Positions 25,832 through 35,032 of a DNA stretch of 64,000 nucleotides are shown here, piece by piece. Both the position numbers and the translations under genes were made by a program. This DNA is from Actinomycetota bacterium. Lineage in GTDB: Bacteria > Actinomycetota > UBA4738 > HRBIN12. Within the stretch, counting starts at the first letter, position 1; each line of letters starts with the position of its first letter. The DNA lies in the NCBI GenBank assembly GCA_036280655.1, contig DASUQI010000058.1, positions 2,258-66,257 of the forward strand, given 5' to 3'. The notes beneath the pieces are model-generated. The model did not search any database, was not told the origin of the DNA, and was given only the letters and a program-made list of their open reading frames with translations.

Positions 25832-26998
25832 CTAGAGCTCGGTCCCGGGGAGCCCGTGCGAGCGCGCGATCAGGATGCGCTGGATCTCGCTCGTGCCCTC
25901 CCCGATCTCGAGCACCTTCGCGTCGCGGTAATACCGGGCCACGGGGAACTCCTCCACGTAGCCGTAGCCGCCGTGGATCTGGACCGCCTCGCGGGCGGCC
26001 GAGACGGCGACCTCGCTCGCGTAGAGCTTGGCGATCGAGGCCTCGGTCGCGAACGGCCGTCCGCGATCCCGGAGCCACGCGGCACGTTGGTAGGCGAGCC
26101 GGGCGGTCTCGACGCCGACGGTCATGTCGGCGATCTTGAACTGCAACGCCTCGAACGCCCCGATCGGGCGGCCGAACGCCTCGCGCTCGCCCGCGTAGCG
26201 GACGCTCTCCTCCAGACAGCCGCGCGACAGGCCGACGGAGAGCGCGGCGATCGCGATCCGCCCGTCCGCGAGCGTCTCGAGGAACTCGGCGTAGCCGCGG
26301 CCGCGTTCGCCGAGGAGATTCGCGGCCGGGACGCGACAGCCGTCGAACGACAGCGCGTGCGTGTCGCTCGCGCGCCACCCGACCTTCCGGTAGCCCGGGC
26401 CGACCGTGAGCCCCGGCGTGTCCGCCGGCACCACGATCGTCGAGACGGCCCCCTCGCCGGCACCCTCGTCGAGCGCGGCGACGAGGATCGCCGAGGTGAT
26501 CGGCGTCCCCGAGTTCGTGATGAACGCCTTCGAGCCGTCGATCACCCACTCGTCGCCGCCGAGCCTCGCGGTGGTGCGGATCGCCTTCGCGTCCGAGCCT
26601 CCTCCCGGTTCCGTGAGCGCGAACGCGCCGATCGCCTCGCCCTGCGCCATCGGCACGAGCCAGCGTTCCTTCTGTTCAGCCGTCCCGTAGCGGTCGAGCG
26701 GGTTCGCCGCGAGCCCGACGGCGGCCTCGAGCGTGATCGCGACCGACGAGTCGTACCGCGCGAGCTCCTCGAGACACAGACAGAACGACAGGAGATCGCC
26801 CCCCTGCCCGCCGACCTCTTCGGCGAACGGGATGCCGAACAGCCCGAGCTCGGCCATGCGCTTCACGACCTCGAGCGGGAACTCCTCACGTTCGTCGTAG
26901 CCGGCCGCCGCGGGCGCGACGACCTCCTCGGCGAACGCCCGGACGGCCGCCTGGAGCTCCCGTTGCTCGGCGGTGAGCTCGAAGTCCACGGGACGCAA
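25832..26998 (-). CDS. Acyl-CoA dehydrogenase (second copy)
   Basis: ELTAEQRELQAAVRAFAEE..., FALTEPGGGSDAKAIRTTA, GSKAFITNSG, QIHGGYGYVEEFPVARYYRDAKVLEIGEGTSEIQRILIAR. Start is TTG 26998 or GTG 26989. The track ORF is shadow-extended to 27343. Confidence 0.9.
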   Translation of the reverse strand: MRPVDFELTAEQRELQAAVRAFAEEVVAPAAAGYDEREEFPLEVVKRMAELGLFGIPFAEEVGGQGGDLLSFCLCLEELARYDSSVAITLEAAVGLAANPLDRYGTAEQKERWLVPMAQGEAIGAFALTEPGGGSDAKAIRTTARLGGDEWVIDGSKAFITNSGTPITSAILVAALDEGAGEGAVSTIVVPADTPGLTVGPGYRKVGWRASDTHALSFDGCRVPAANLLGERGRGYAEFLETLADGRIAIAALSVGLSRGCLEESVRYAGEREAFGRPIGAFEALQFKIADMTVGVETARLAYQRAAWLRDRGRPFATEASIAKLYASEVAVSAAREAVQIHGGYGYVEEFPVARYYRDAKVLEIGEGTSEIQRILIARSHGLPGTEL

Positions 26999-27032
26999 GC
27001 CTACCGTCGGCGGGAGGTGGTCCCGCACGACG

Positions 27033-30000
27033 CTACGTCTCGGCGGGCGCGGGCTCCTCCGGCGAGGGCGACGGCACGAGCGTCGGCTCGCGCAGCGCCT
27101 GCTCCGAGTGCGTCCGTTCGAGCAGGTCGCGGGCGCGCTCGACCGTCTCGGCCCCGCCGGCCGCGTCGGGCCCGAAGATCTCGGAGATCCACCAGACCCT
27201 TGCCGCGATGTCCTTCTCGGTCCCGTCCTTGCGCTCGTACGCGAGGATCTCCAGCGCCTTCTCGAGCGCCTCGTCGCGCTCGCCCTCGGCGAGCAGGACC
27301 TCGACGCCCGCGTAGTCGAGCCACTCCTCGGGAGCGGGGCCACCGGCGTTCGTGACCTGCGCGGCCTCCGCGAGCACCCGCCGGGCCCCCAGGATGTCGC
27401 CGCGGTCGAGAAGCGCCTTCGCGAGCGCCGCCGCGGTCCACGTGATGATGCTCCGCTCCTTCAGCTCGATGACGAGCTTGAACGCCTCGCGGAGGTCCTT
27501 CACGGCTCCGTCGGTCTTGCCGGCGAGGCGCAGCGTGATCCCTCGCGACGTGAGCGCGCTCGCGAGCTCCCACCGCGCCCCGAGCTCGCGGAACCCGTCG
27601 ACGGCGTCGTCGAGGTGCCGTTCGGCTTCCTCGAGCCGCATCATCCGCCGGAGCGTGCCGCCCACCGCCTCGCGCGCGACGCAGATCGAGAACCGGTCTC
27701 GGGCGGCCTCGGCGATCGCGAGCGCCTCCGACGCCACGGCGAACGACTCGAGTCCGTCGCCGCGCTCCTCGACCAGCATCGCGAGTCCGACGAGCGCCCT
27801 CGCCTCGGCCCACGGGTCCCGCTTCGGGTTCGCCCGGGCGGTCTCGAGCGCCTCCTCGAACATCTCCCTCGCGTCGTCGGTGTCGCCCCGCCAGTAGGGA
27901 CCCCAGGCGGCGACGAGCAGCGTGCGCGCGACGGTCCACGGGTCACCCACCTCGCGCGCCGCCTTCAGCGCGTCCTCGAGCAGGTCCTGCGCCCTCTCCT
28001 CGTTCCCGCGGATCGACAGCTCGATGTCGCCGAGGAACCTCGCTCCCTGAGCGCGCACCGCGGCGTCGTTCGCCCCCAGCGCGAGGGCACGCTCGAGCGC
28101 CGGCACCGCCCGGTCGAACTCGCCGAGCCAGTACCGGCTCTCGCCGAGGCACGCGAGGATCCGCGCCTCGCGGATCCCCCACGATTTGTGGGGACCGGCG
28201 AGATCGAGCGCCCGTTGGTACACGTCCTCGGCCGCCCGGATGTCCGGCCCCTCGAGCGCGGCGTCGCCCGCCCGGGCCAGCGCCTCGACGGCACGGTCGG
28301 CCAGCGTCCGGTCGGTCGGGTCGAGGTCGAGCGCGGCCCGCGCGGCCCGCTCGAGGTGGTACGCGATCGAGCGCGGCTGGCGCGCCGCCGCCTCGGGGTC
28401 CTTCGAGAGCCCGTCGGCGACCAGCGTGTGCAACCGCTGCCGCTCGCGCTTCGGCAGGCTCTCGTACGCGACGTCGCGGACCATCCCGTGCCGGAAGCGC
28501 CAGACGTCGGGCCGCTCGTCGTCGTGCTCGAACAGCTCCTCCTCCTCGAGCTCCGCGAGGGCCTCGTTCGTCGGCTCGGCGACCACGTCGAGCTCTTGGA
28601 GGCTGAACGACGACCTCGGGAAGACGGCGGCGCGGCGAGCGAGCGTGCGGGCCGCGGGTTCGAGATGGTCGATCCGCTCGGTGATCACGGCCTGCACGGT
28701 CGGCGGCAGGAGCGCCGACGACGGAAGCCCCGGCTCCTCGGCGGCCCGGTGCCGGAGCATCCCGGTCGTCTCGATGATGAAGAACGGGTTGCCCCCGGCG
28801 TGCCGCGCGATCCGGTCGGTCGTCGCCTCGTCGAGGCCTTCGCCGGCCTCGCGGGCGAGCTCGAGCGCCTGGTCGAGCGACATCGCCTCCAGGTACAAGT
28901 TCAGCGAGTCGCCTCGGCCACCGCCCCAGTCCGGGTGTTCGTCGAGCAGCGAGTAGCGGGCCGCGCACAGGACCAGCACCGGGATCCCCTTCGCGTCGCG
29001 CACCAGCCCCTGCACGAGTTCGAGCATCAGCGGCTGGGCCTGATGCAGGTCTTCGAACAGCATCACGACCGGGCCCCTTCGAGTGAACCCCTCGAGGAGC
29101 CGGAGCAGACCGGAGCGGATCTCGGCGACGCCGTAGCGCCGGGTCTCGTCGTGCGCCTCCTCCCCGATCCCGAGCGCGAGGCAGAGACGGGCCACGACCT
29201 GCTTGGTCTCGTCTTCGGGGCAGCACTCGGCGACGATCTCCTCGAGCCGGAGGCGGAGCTCGTCCTGGGGGGCGTTCGCCGGTTCGCCCATCTCGTGCAG
29301 GAGCATCTGCGCGAGCGGGCCGAACGTGATGTCCTCGTCGAACGGGCTCGCGCGACCGACGAGCACCTTGGCGTCGTCGGGCAGACCGGCGAGGAACTCC
29401 TCCGCGACGCGGCTCTTGCCGATCCCCGGCTCGCCGTACAGCGTGACGAGGTGCCCGCGGTTGGCCTCGCGCGCGCCGTCGAACGCGTCGAACAGCAGCC
29501 GCAGCTCGCGCTTGCGGTTCACGAGCGGGATCGTGCGCCGCGACATGCCGGGCTGGAGCCCGGAGACCGGATAGGCCCGCGCGGCGTCGTCGAAGCCCTT
29601 CGCCTGCACCTCCATGACCGGCCCGTACTCGATCTGCGACTGCGAGAGCCAGTAGCTCGTCTCGGAGACGAGCACGCTCCCGGGCTCGGCGGCCTGCTGC
29701 AGCCGCGCGGCGAGGTTCACGGTGGCCCCGTAGAGCAGCCCCTGCTCGGAGGCTTCGCTGCCGATCGCGACCGGCCCCGTGTGGATCCCGACCCGGATGC
29801 GCAGGGGGACCGGGAGCCGGTTCTCCTGCCCGAGCTTGCCGACGCGGTCGACGAGCGTGAGCCCGGCGCGGACGGCCCGGAGCGCGTCGTCGTCGTGGGT
29901 GTGCGGGATCCCGAAGACCCCCACCACAGCGTCGCCGGCGAAGTTGTACGCGCGGCCGCGGAGCGATTCGAGCTCGTCGGCCACGATCCGGTAGTAGCGG

Positions 30001-30194
30001 GTGAGGACGTCGCGGTACCGCTCGGGGTCGATGCGGGCCGAGAGCTGGGTCGAGCCGACGAGATCGACGAAGATGACCGTGACGACCTTGCGCTCCTCGG
30101 GCGCGCTCGAACCGACGGGGTACCCGCAGTTCGGGCAGAAGCGGGCTTCCTCCGGGAGCAGGAGCCCGCACCGTTCACACGTCGCCATCGCCAC
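27033..30194 (-). CDS. Multidomain signalling protein: zinc ribbon, class III adenylate/guanylate cyclase, AAA/STAND ATPase and TPR array
   Basis: 1053 aa. CERCG...CPNCG, then the cyclase core VVTVIFVDLVGST...YNFAGDAVVGVFG...IRVGIHTGPV...GATVNLAARLQ. P-loop LYGEPGIGKSRV. The long C-terminal helical repeat region is TPR-like. No C-terminal LuxR HTH was seen. Confidence 0.85.
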   Translation of the reverse strand: MAMATCERCGLLLPEEARFCPNCGYPVGSSAPEERKVVTVIFVDLVGSTQLSARIDPERYRDVLTRYYRIVADELESLRGRAYNFAGDAVVGVFGIPHTHDDDALRAVRAGLTLVDRVGKLGQENRLPVPLRIRVGIHTGPVAIGSEASEQGLLYGATVNLAARLQQAAEPGSVLVSETSYWLSQSQIEYGPVMEVQAKGFDDAARAYPVSGLQPGMSRRTIPLVNRKRELRLLFDAFDGAREANRGHLVTLYGEPGIGKSRVAEEFLAGLPDDAKVLVGRASPFDEDITFGPLAQMLLHEMGEPANAPQDELRLRLEEIVAECCPEDETKQVVARLCLALGIGEEAHDETRRYGVAEIRSGLLRLLEGFTRRGPVVMLFEDLHQAQPLMLELVQGLVRDAKGIPVLVLCAARYSLLDEHPDWGGGRGDSLNLYLEAMSLDQALELAREAGEGLDEATTDRIARHAGGNPFFIIETTGMLRHRAAEEPGLPSSALLPPTVQAVITERIDHLEPAARTLARRAAVFPRSSFSLQELDVVAEPTNEALAELEEEELFEHDDERPDVWRFRHGMVRDVAYESLPKRERQRLHTLVADGLSKDPEAAARQPRSIAYHLERAARAALDLDPTDRTLADRAVEALARAGDAALEGPDIRAAEDVYQRALDLAGPHKSWGIREARILACLGESRYWLGEFDRAVPALERALALGANDAAVRAQGARFLGDIELSIRGNEERAQDLLEDALKAAREVGDPWTVARTLLVAAWGPYWRGDTDDAREMFEEALETARANPKRDPWAEARALVGLAMLVEERGDGLESFAVASEALAIAEAARDRFSICVAREAVGGTLRRMMRLEEAERHLDDAVDGFRELGARWELASALTSRGITLRLAGKTDGAVKDLREAFKLVIELKERSIITWTAAALAKALLDRGDILGARRVLAEAAQVTNAGGPAPEEWLDYAGVEVLLAEGERDEALEKALEILAYERKDGTEKDIAARVWWISEIFGPDAAGGAETVERARDLLERTHSEQALREPTLVPSPSPEEPAPAET

Positions 30195-30239
30195 GGAAGA
30201 GAGTCTACGGACGTGGGGTGCCGGCCCGGACTCCGGTCG

Positions 30240-30713
30240 TCAGGATCCGGCGCGGCGGAAGCCTTCGATGTCGAGGATCGAGCCGGTGCGGTCCGCCTCC
30301 GGTTTCAGGGCGATCTCGACGCGTTCGCCGATCTCGAGCGGCTCGTCGGTGAGGTCGAGCACCCGGTGGATCAGCACGGCATCGGCCCCGACGAGCCGGA
30401 TCGCGCCGATCACCTGCGGCAGGTCGAGCGGCTCGCCCTCGATCCCCTCGAACAGGATCGTGAACGAGACGAGCTCGCCGCCGGGGCCGACCTCGGTGTC
30501 GGCCGAGAGCTCCGAGAAGCATCGCTCGCAGAACAGGCGCGCCGGCACGTACGTGTAGTCGCAGTTCGTGCACCGCGAGCCGAGCAGCACGCCCCGGTCT
30601 CGTAGCGCCGTGAAGAAGGCCTCGCCGGCGACGCCCGGTGTGTACCGATGCCGGACCGGCAGGTCTCCGCCCCACCGCCGGATCTCGTCGGGGTTCGCGA
30701 TCTTCTCGAGCAC
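30240..30713 (-). CDS. DUF35 (OB-fold plus rubredoxin-like zinc ribbon) protein
   Basis: 157 aa from GTG 30713 (1-nt overlap with the upstream TAG). GEAFFTALRDRGVLLGSRCTNCDYTYVPARLFCERCF, followed by an OB-like region. Confidence 0.75.
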   Translation of the reverse strand: MLEKIANPDEIRRWGGDLPVRHRYTPGVAGEAFFTALRDRGVLLGSRCTNCDYTYVPARLFCERCFSELSADTEVGPGGELVSFTILFEGIEGEPLDLPQVIGAIRLVGADAVLIHRVLDLTDEPLEIGERVEIALKPEADRTGSILDIEGFRRAGS

Positions 30714-32410
30714 TACGCCTCCCTCCTCGGCCGGAAGTGCGCGATGTCGAGGATCGAGCCGGTCCGCTCGCCGACCGGCTTCCAGACGGCCTCGACCGCC
30801 ATCCCGATCGACACGTCGTCGGGCGCGACCTCGCCGAGCACGTGGAGGAACCCACCGTCCGAGCCGTCGATCGCGATCACCGCCGGCAGCGACGGCACAT
30901 CGAGCGGCTGCATGTCCCACGACACGTGACAGATCGAGAACGTCTGCACGACGCCGGTGTCCTCGACCTGCACCCACGCGTCGGTTCCGCGGAAGCACCG
31001 CTCGCAGAACATGCGTGGCGGCACCAGCACGCGCTCGCAGTTGCGGCATTCGCGGCCGAGGAGCATCCCGCCGCGCAGCCCGTCGAGGAACCGCGCGATC
31101 GCGACGCCCGCGTCCCACTCGAAGCGCGCGCCGACCTCGTCGTCCACGGCGCCGGTCGCCGAACGGAACTCGGCGTCCGAGAGCGAGCGACCCGGCGTCG
31201 CCGTCGGCGGCGACTCGAGCTGGGTCGCGGTCGTCGGCGGCCCTCCGTCGCGGCCCATCACGACGACCGTGCCGACCTGCATCAGGTCGCCCCACGCCTG
31301 CGCGACGCCGCGCTCGGGCGTGCCCGGGACCTGCCGCGCGCCGGCCTCGCCGCGGAGCTGCCAGAAGAGCTCGGCGATCTTCATCAACCCGGCCGCGGCG
31401 ATCGGGTTGCCGACGCCGAGCAGTCCGCCGCTCGGCGACGACGGGAGGTCGCCCTTGCGGTCGAGCACGCCGTCCCGCGCCGCCTCCGGCGCCTTGCCCT
31501 TGTCGAACAGCAACAGCCCCTCGAGGTGGTGCAGCTCCTTGTAGTCGAACGGGTCGTAGGGCTCGGCCACGTGGATCTGCTTGCGCGGCTCGGTCACGCC
31601 GGCCATGTCGTACGCCATGCGTGCCGCGTTCGCGACGTACTCGGGGAACACGAGGTCGCGGTTCGTCCAGTACGCCGTGTCGAGGTTCCACCCGACGCCC
31701 TGGATCCAGACCGGGTCCGAGGTGATCTTCTTCGCGGCGTCCTCGCTCGCGACCACGAGCGCGACCGCACCGTCGCTGATCGGCGAGACGTCGAGCCGCT
31801 GCACCGGCCACGCCAACGTCTCGGACGCGAGCACGTCCTCGACCGTGATGTCGGCCTGGCCGAGCAGCGCCGCGGGGTGGTCGGCGGCGTTCTGCTTGTT
31901 CTTCACGGCGACGGCCGCGATGTCGCGCTTGTCGATGCCGTGCACCGTCATGTAGCGGTTCATCTCCAGCGCGAAGATCCAGAGCAGGTTCGGGCCGAGC
32001 GGTCGTTCGAGCACGTTGTCGAAGATCGTGAGGAACGCGCCCTGCGGGTGCGGCTGCGTGGAGGACATCTTCTCCTCGGCGACGGCGAGCACGACGTCCG
32101 CCATCCCGCTCGCGACCGTGTAGTACGCCTGGATCGCCGTGAACACGCCGCTGCCGCCGCCGACGTACGTCCGCATGAACGGCTTGCCGAACGCACCCGC
32201 GCCGTCCGACAGGTACTCCCCCTTCATGTGCACGCCGTCGAACGCGTCGGGCGCACTCGTGAGACAGACCGCGTCGACATCGTCCAGCGTCAGCTCGCAG
32301 CTCGCGAGCGCCTCGCGCGAGGCGTGCCACGAGAGCTCCTTGCCGGTCTCCTGCGCCCGGCGGACGAACTTCGTCATGCCGGCCCCGACGACGGCGACGC
32401 GTCTCGCCAT
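30713..32410 (-). CDS. Thiolase-fold (SCP2/Ltp-type) protein fused to a C-terminal DUF35 module
   Basis: 565 aa from ATG 32410 (MARRVAVVGAGMTKFVRR). The thiolase-like body runs to ...VGTVVVMGRD. A Pro/Thr linker follows, then DUF35 (ARFLDGLRGGMLLGRECRNCERVLVPPRMFCERCF). It is one continuous frame in this sequence. Confidence 0.8.
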   Translation of the reverse strand: MARRVAVVGAGMTKFVRRAQETGKELSWHASREALASCELTLDDVDAVCLTSAPDAFDGVHMKGEYLSDGAGAFGKPFMRTYVGGGSGVFTAIQAYYTVASGMADVVLAVAEEKMSSTQPHPQGAFLTIFDNVLERPLGPNLLWIFALEMNRYMTVHGIDKRDIAAVAVKNKQNAADHPAALLGQADITVEDVLASETLAWPVQRLDVSPISDGAVALVVASEDAAKKITSDPVWIQGVGWNLDTAYWTNRDLVFPEYVANAARMAYDMAGVTEPRKQIHVAEPYDPFDYKELHHLEGLLLFDKGKAPEAARDGVLDRKGDLPSSPSGGLLGVGNPIAAAGLMKIAELFWQLRGEAGARQVPGTPERGVAQAWGDLMQVGTVVVMGRDGGPPTTATQLESPPTATPGRSLSDAEFRSATGAVDDEVGARFEWDAGVAIARFLDGLRGGMLLGRECRNCERVLVPPRMFCERCFRGTDAWVQVEDTGVVQTFSICHVSWDMQPLDVPSLPAVIAIDGSDGGFLHVLGEVAPDDVSIGMAVEAVWKPVGERTGSILDIAHFRPRREA

Positions 32411-32781
32411 CAGGAGGGCTCCCCCGACGGCGCGTACTCGATCAGCTGCATCGAGTTCCCGTCCGGGTCGTCGAACGACGCGTACCGAGCGATCCCCGGT
32501 ACCTCGCCGAGGTGCTCGTCGAATGCGACCCCCCGCTCCTCGAGCGAGGCCTTCGCGAGGTCGAGATCGTCGACCCGGAACACCGCGGTCCCGCCGTGCG
32601 GCGTCGTCCGGCCGTCCCGCGCGCCGTGCAGCCCGATGCGGATCGAGCCGGCGTCGAGCTCCGCCCACTCGTCGCCGTGACGACTCGAAACGGACAGCCC
32701 GAGCCCGTCGCGGTAGAACGCGACCGCGCGATCCATGTCGGTGACCCAGAACCAGACGTGGTCGACAGCCTCGAGCCTCAT
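32410..32781 (-). CDS. VOC/glyoxalase-family protein
   Basis: 123 aa from ATG 32781 (ATGA overlap): VDHVWFWVTDMDRAVAFYRDGLGL...FDDPDGNSMQLIEY. Confidence 0.75.
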   Translation of the reverse strand: MRLEAVDHVWFWVTDMDRAVAFYRDGLGLSVSSRHGDEWAELDAGSIRIGLHGARDGRTTPHGGTAVFRVDDLDLAKASLEERGVAFDEHLGEVPGIARYASFDDPDGNSMQLIEYAPSGEPS

Positions 32782-33947
32782 CCCCCGGCCCCCTCGTCGT
32801 TGGCGAGGACCGCGACCGCCGACGAAGTGGACGGCGCCGCGCGCGAGGACTGAGCGACCGCGACGTAGACCTCGTCCACCTGCCGCTCCCCCGCCTCGCC
32901 GCGGAGCTGCTCGACGCACTCGAGCACGCGGACGAGCCCGTTCGCCTCGAACAGGTTGCCCTGACCGAGCGAGCCGCCCGAGACGTTCACCGGGAGGTCG
33001 CCGTCGGGCTCGAGCTCGCCGTCGCCCAGGAGCCGCCCGAGCTCGCGCGCGTTCCCGAGCCCGAGCGCCTCGAGGTGCTGGAGCTCGCGGTACGCGAACG
33101 TGTCGTCCACCTCGGCGAGGTCGATCTCCTCCTGCGGATCCGAGATCTCGGCGCGGCGGTACGCGAGCTCGGCGGCACGCGTCACGGACTCGGCCTCGCC
33201 CCAGGTGCGGCTCTCGAGCGTCGGGGTGCCGGACGACCAGCCGATGCCGAGGAGCCACACGGGTCCCTCGGTGAGGTCGCGGGCCCGCTCCTCGGAGGCG
33301 AGCACGATCACGACGCAGCCGTCGGCGCGGGACGCGACCTCGAGCTCGCGGAGCGGCCACGCGACCGGCGAGGAGTCGTCGACGTCCTCCACCGCGACGC
33401 CGGCCGGGTAGGCGGCGCGCGGGTTGTCGAGCGCGTTCGCGCGGTTCTTCGCTGCCACCATCGCGCAGTGCTCCTCGGACAGGCGGGTGCGCTCGAGGAA
33501 CGCGTTCATGTCGAGCCCCGCGACCGCGAGCGCGGGGAACCGGAGCGGCCGGTTGAGCACCGGGTCGAGCGCGAACGCCTCGATCGCGCCCAGCGTCCGC
33601 ACGTCCGAGACCTTGCTGTGCGCCTCGACGGCCACGACCGAGGCGATCCCGGACGAGATCAGCATCGCCCCGGTCGCCAGGCCGAACAGTCCGTCCGCCG
33701 TGACCGTCTGCACGGGGCGCTGCATCGCGCCGAGCTGGTCCGGCACGTACTCGTCGAAGATCGACGTGCCCTCGAGGAAGTCCTCGGAGCAGCAGACGAA
33801 CGAGTCGATCTCGGTCCGCGGGTCCACGCCGGCGTCGTGGTACGCACGCTGCGCCGCCTCGAACATCAGCTCCTTGTAGGAGAGGCCGGCGGTCACGGGC
33901 GCGAACCCCGCGTGGCCGATCCCGACGACCGCGATCCTCGGCTCCAC
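32778..33947 (-). CDS. Thiolase-fold (SCP2/Ltp-type) protein, second copy
   Basis: 389 aa from GTG 33947 (VEPRIAVVGIGHAGFAP). Thiolase-like over the full length. The upstream part of the track ORF overlaps the K+ channel gene region and is not counted. Confidence 0.8.
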   Translation of the reverse strand: MEPRIAVVGIGHAGFAPVTAGLSYKELMFEAAQRAYHDAGVDPRTEIDSFVCCSEDFLEGTSIFDEYVPDQLGAMQRPVQTVTADGLFGLATGAMLISSGIASVVAVEAHSKVSDVRTLGAIEAFALDPVLNRPLRFPALAVAGLDMNAFLERTRLSEEHCAMVAAKNRANALDNPRAAYPAGVAVEDVDDSSPVAWPLRELEVASRADGCVVIVLASEERARDLTEGPVWLLGIGWSSGTPTLESRTWGEAESVTRAAELAYRRAEISDPQEEIDLAEVDDTFAYRELQHLEALGLGNARELGRLLGDGELEPDGDLPVNVSGGSLGQGNLFEANGLVRVLECVEQLRGEAGERQVDEVYVAVAQSSRAAPSTSSAVAVLANDEGAGG

Positions 33948-34013
33948 GTTCGGATTGTCCCACCGGTGCGCCGCGCCCCGCGAGCCCGCGACGTCGGCTA
34001 CGCTCGCGGCAGC

Positions 34014-35018
34014 GTGGCCGACATCCCCCAGCACTCGCTGTGGCGCCGCATCCGATGGCCGGCGCTCGGACTCGTGCTGGCCCTCACGTACGGCGTGACG
34101 GGCTACATGCTCCTCGGGGGATGGCGGTTCCTCGATGCCCTCTACATGTCCGTCATCACGCTGACGACGGTCGGGTTCCGCGAGGTCCGACCCCTGGACG
34201 ACACCGGCATCGTGTTTACGATCAGCCTGATCACGATCGGGGTCAGCCTCGTGCTCGTGACGGTCACGGTCATAGCGCAGTGGGTCCTCGAGGGACACTT
34301 CGGTGAATCGACGAGGAGGAAGCGGATGCAGCGGCGCATCGACAGACTAGAGAACCACTTCATCGTCTGCGGGTACGGGCGCGTCGGGCGCGCCGTCGCT
34401 CGCGAGCTCGAATCGGAGCACGCACCCTTCTCCGTGGTCGAGCGCGAGGAGGACCTCGTCGAACAGATGGAGGCCGACGGCGTGCCGCACGTCTTCGACG
34501 ACGCGACGCGCGAGCCCGCGCTGCGTCGAGCGGGCGTGGAGCGCGCGCGCGGCCTGGTCTGCGCGGTGGACTCGGACGCGACGAACGTGTACATCGCGCT
34601 CGTCGCGCGAGGACTCAATCCCGAGCTGTTCATCGTCGCCCGCGCCTCGGAGCCGGGATCGGACCAGCGGCTGCTGGCGGCGGGCGCCGACCGGGTCGTC
34701 TCACCGTTCGTGTCGAGTGGCCGGCACATGGCCCTCGTCGCGATGCGCCCGCGGGTCAGCGACGTCGTGGAGTTCCAGACGCCGGACACCTCCACGATCA
34801 AGCTGGAGCAGATCAGGATCGAGTCGGGCTCCCCGTTCGCCGACCAGGAGGTGCACGACGCCTTCGGCGGGGTGCCTGTCCTCGCCGTCCGTCACGCCGG
34901 CGGCCAGATCACCGTCAACCCACCCCCCGATGCGAGGCTCCTCGTGGGGGACATCGTGCTGGTGCTCGGGGAGGCGGACCTCACCTCGGTCGTCCGGGCG
35001 CCGCCTCCCGGGGGTTGA
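34014..35018 (+). CDS. Two-TM potassium channel with RCK (TrkA-N/TrkA-C) domains
   Basis: 334 aa from GTG 34014. Pore/selectivity region LYMSVITLTTVGFREV. Rossmann-type FIVCGYGRVGRAVAREL. C-terminal TrkA-C-like segment. Confidence 0.8.
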   Translation: MADIPQHSLWRRIRWPALGLVLALTYGVTGYMLLGGWRFLDALYMSVITLTTVGFREVRPLDDTGIVFTISLITIGVSLVLVTVTVIAQWVLEGHFGESTRRKRMQRRIDRLENHFIVCGYGRVGRAVARELESEHAPFSVVEREEDLVEQMEADGVPHVFDDATREPALRRAGVERARGLVCAVDSDATNVYIALVARGLNPELFIVARASEPGSDQRLLAAGADRVVSPFVSSGRHMALVAMRPRVSDVVEFQTPDTSTIKLEQIRIESGSPFADQEVHDAFGGVPVLAVRHAGGQITVNPPPDARLLVGDIVLVLGEADLTSVVRAPPPGG

Positions 35019-35032
35019 GCCGGCCGGACGGG

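Noticed and set aside
26973-30605. 1210-aa plus-strand ORF, and the 742-aa minus-strand ORF 27943-30171
   Set aside because: They are the antisense and the out-of-phase shadow, respectively, of the cyclase-STAND-TPR gene. That gene has clear cyclase and P-loop motifs in its own frame.
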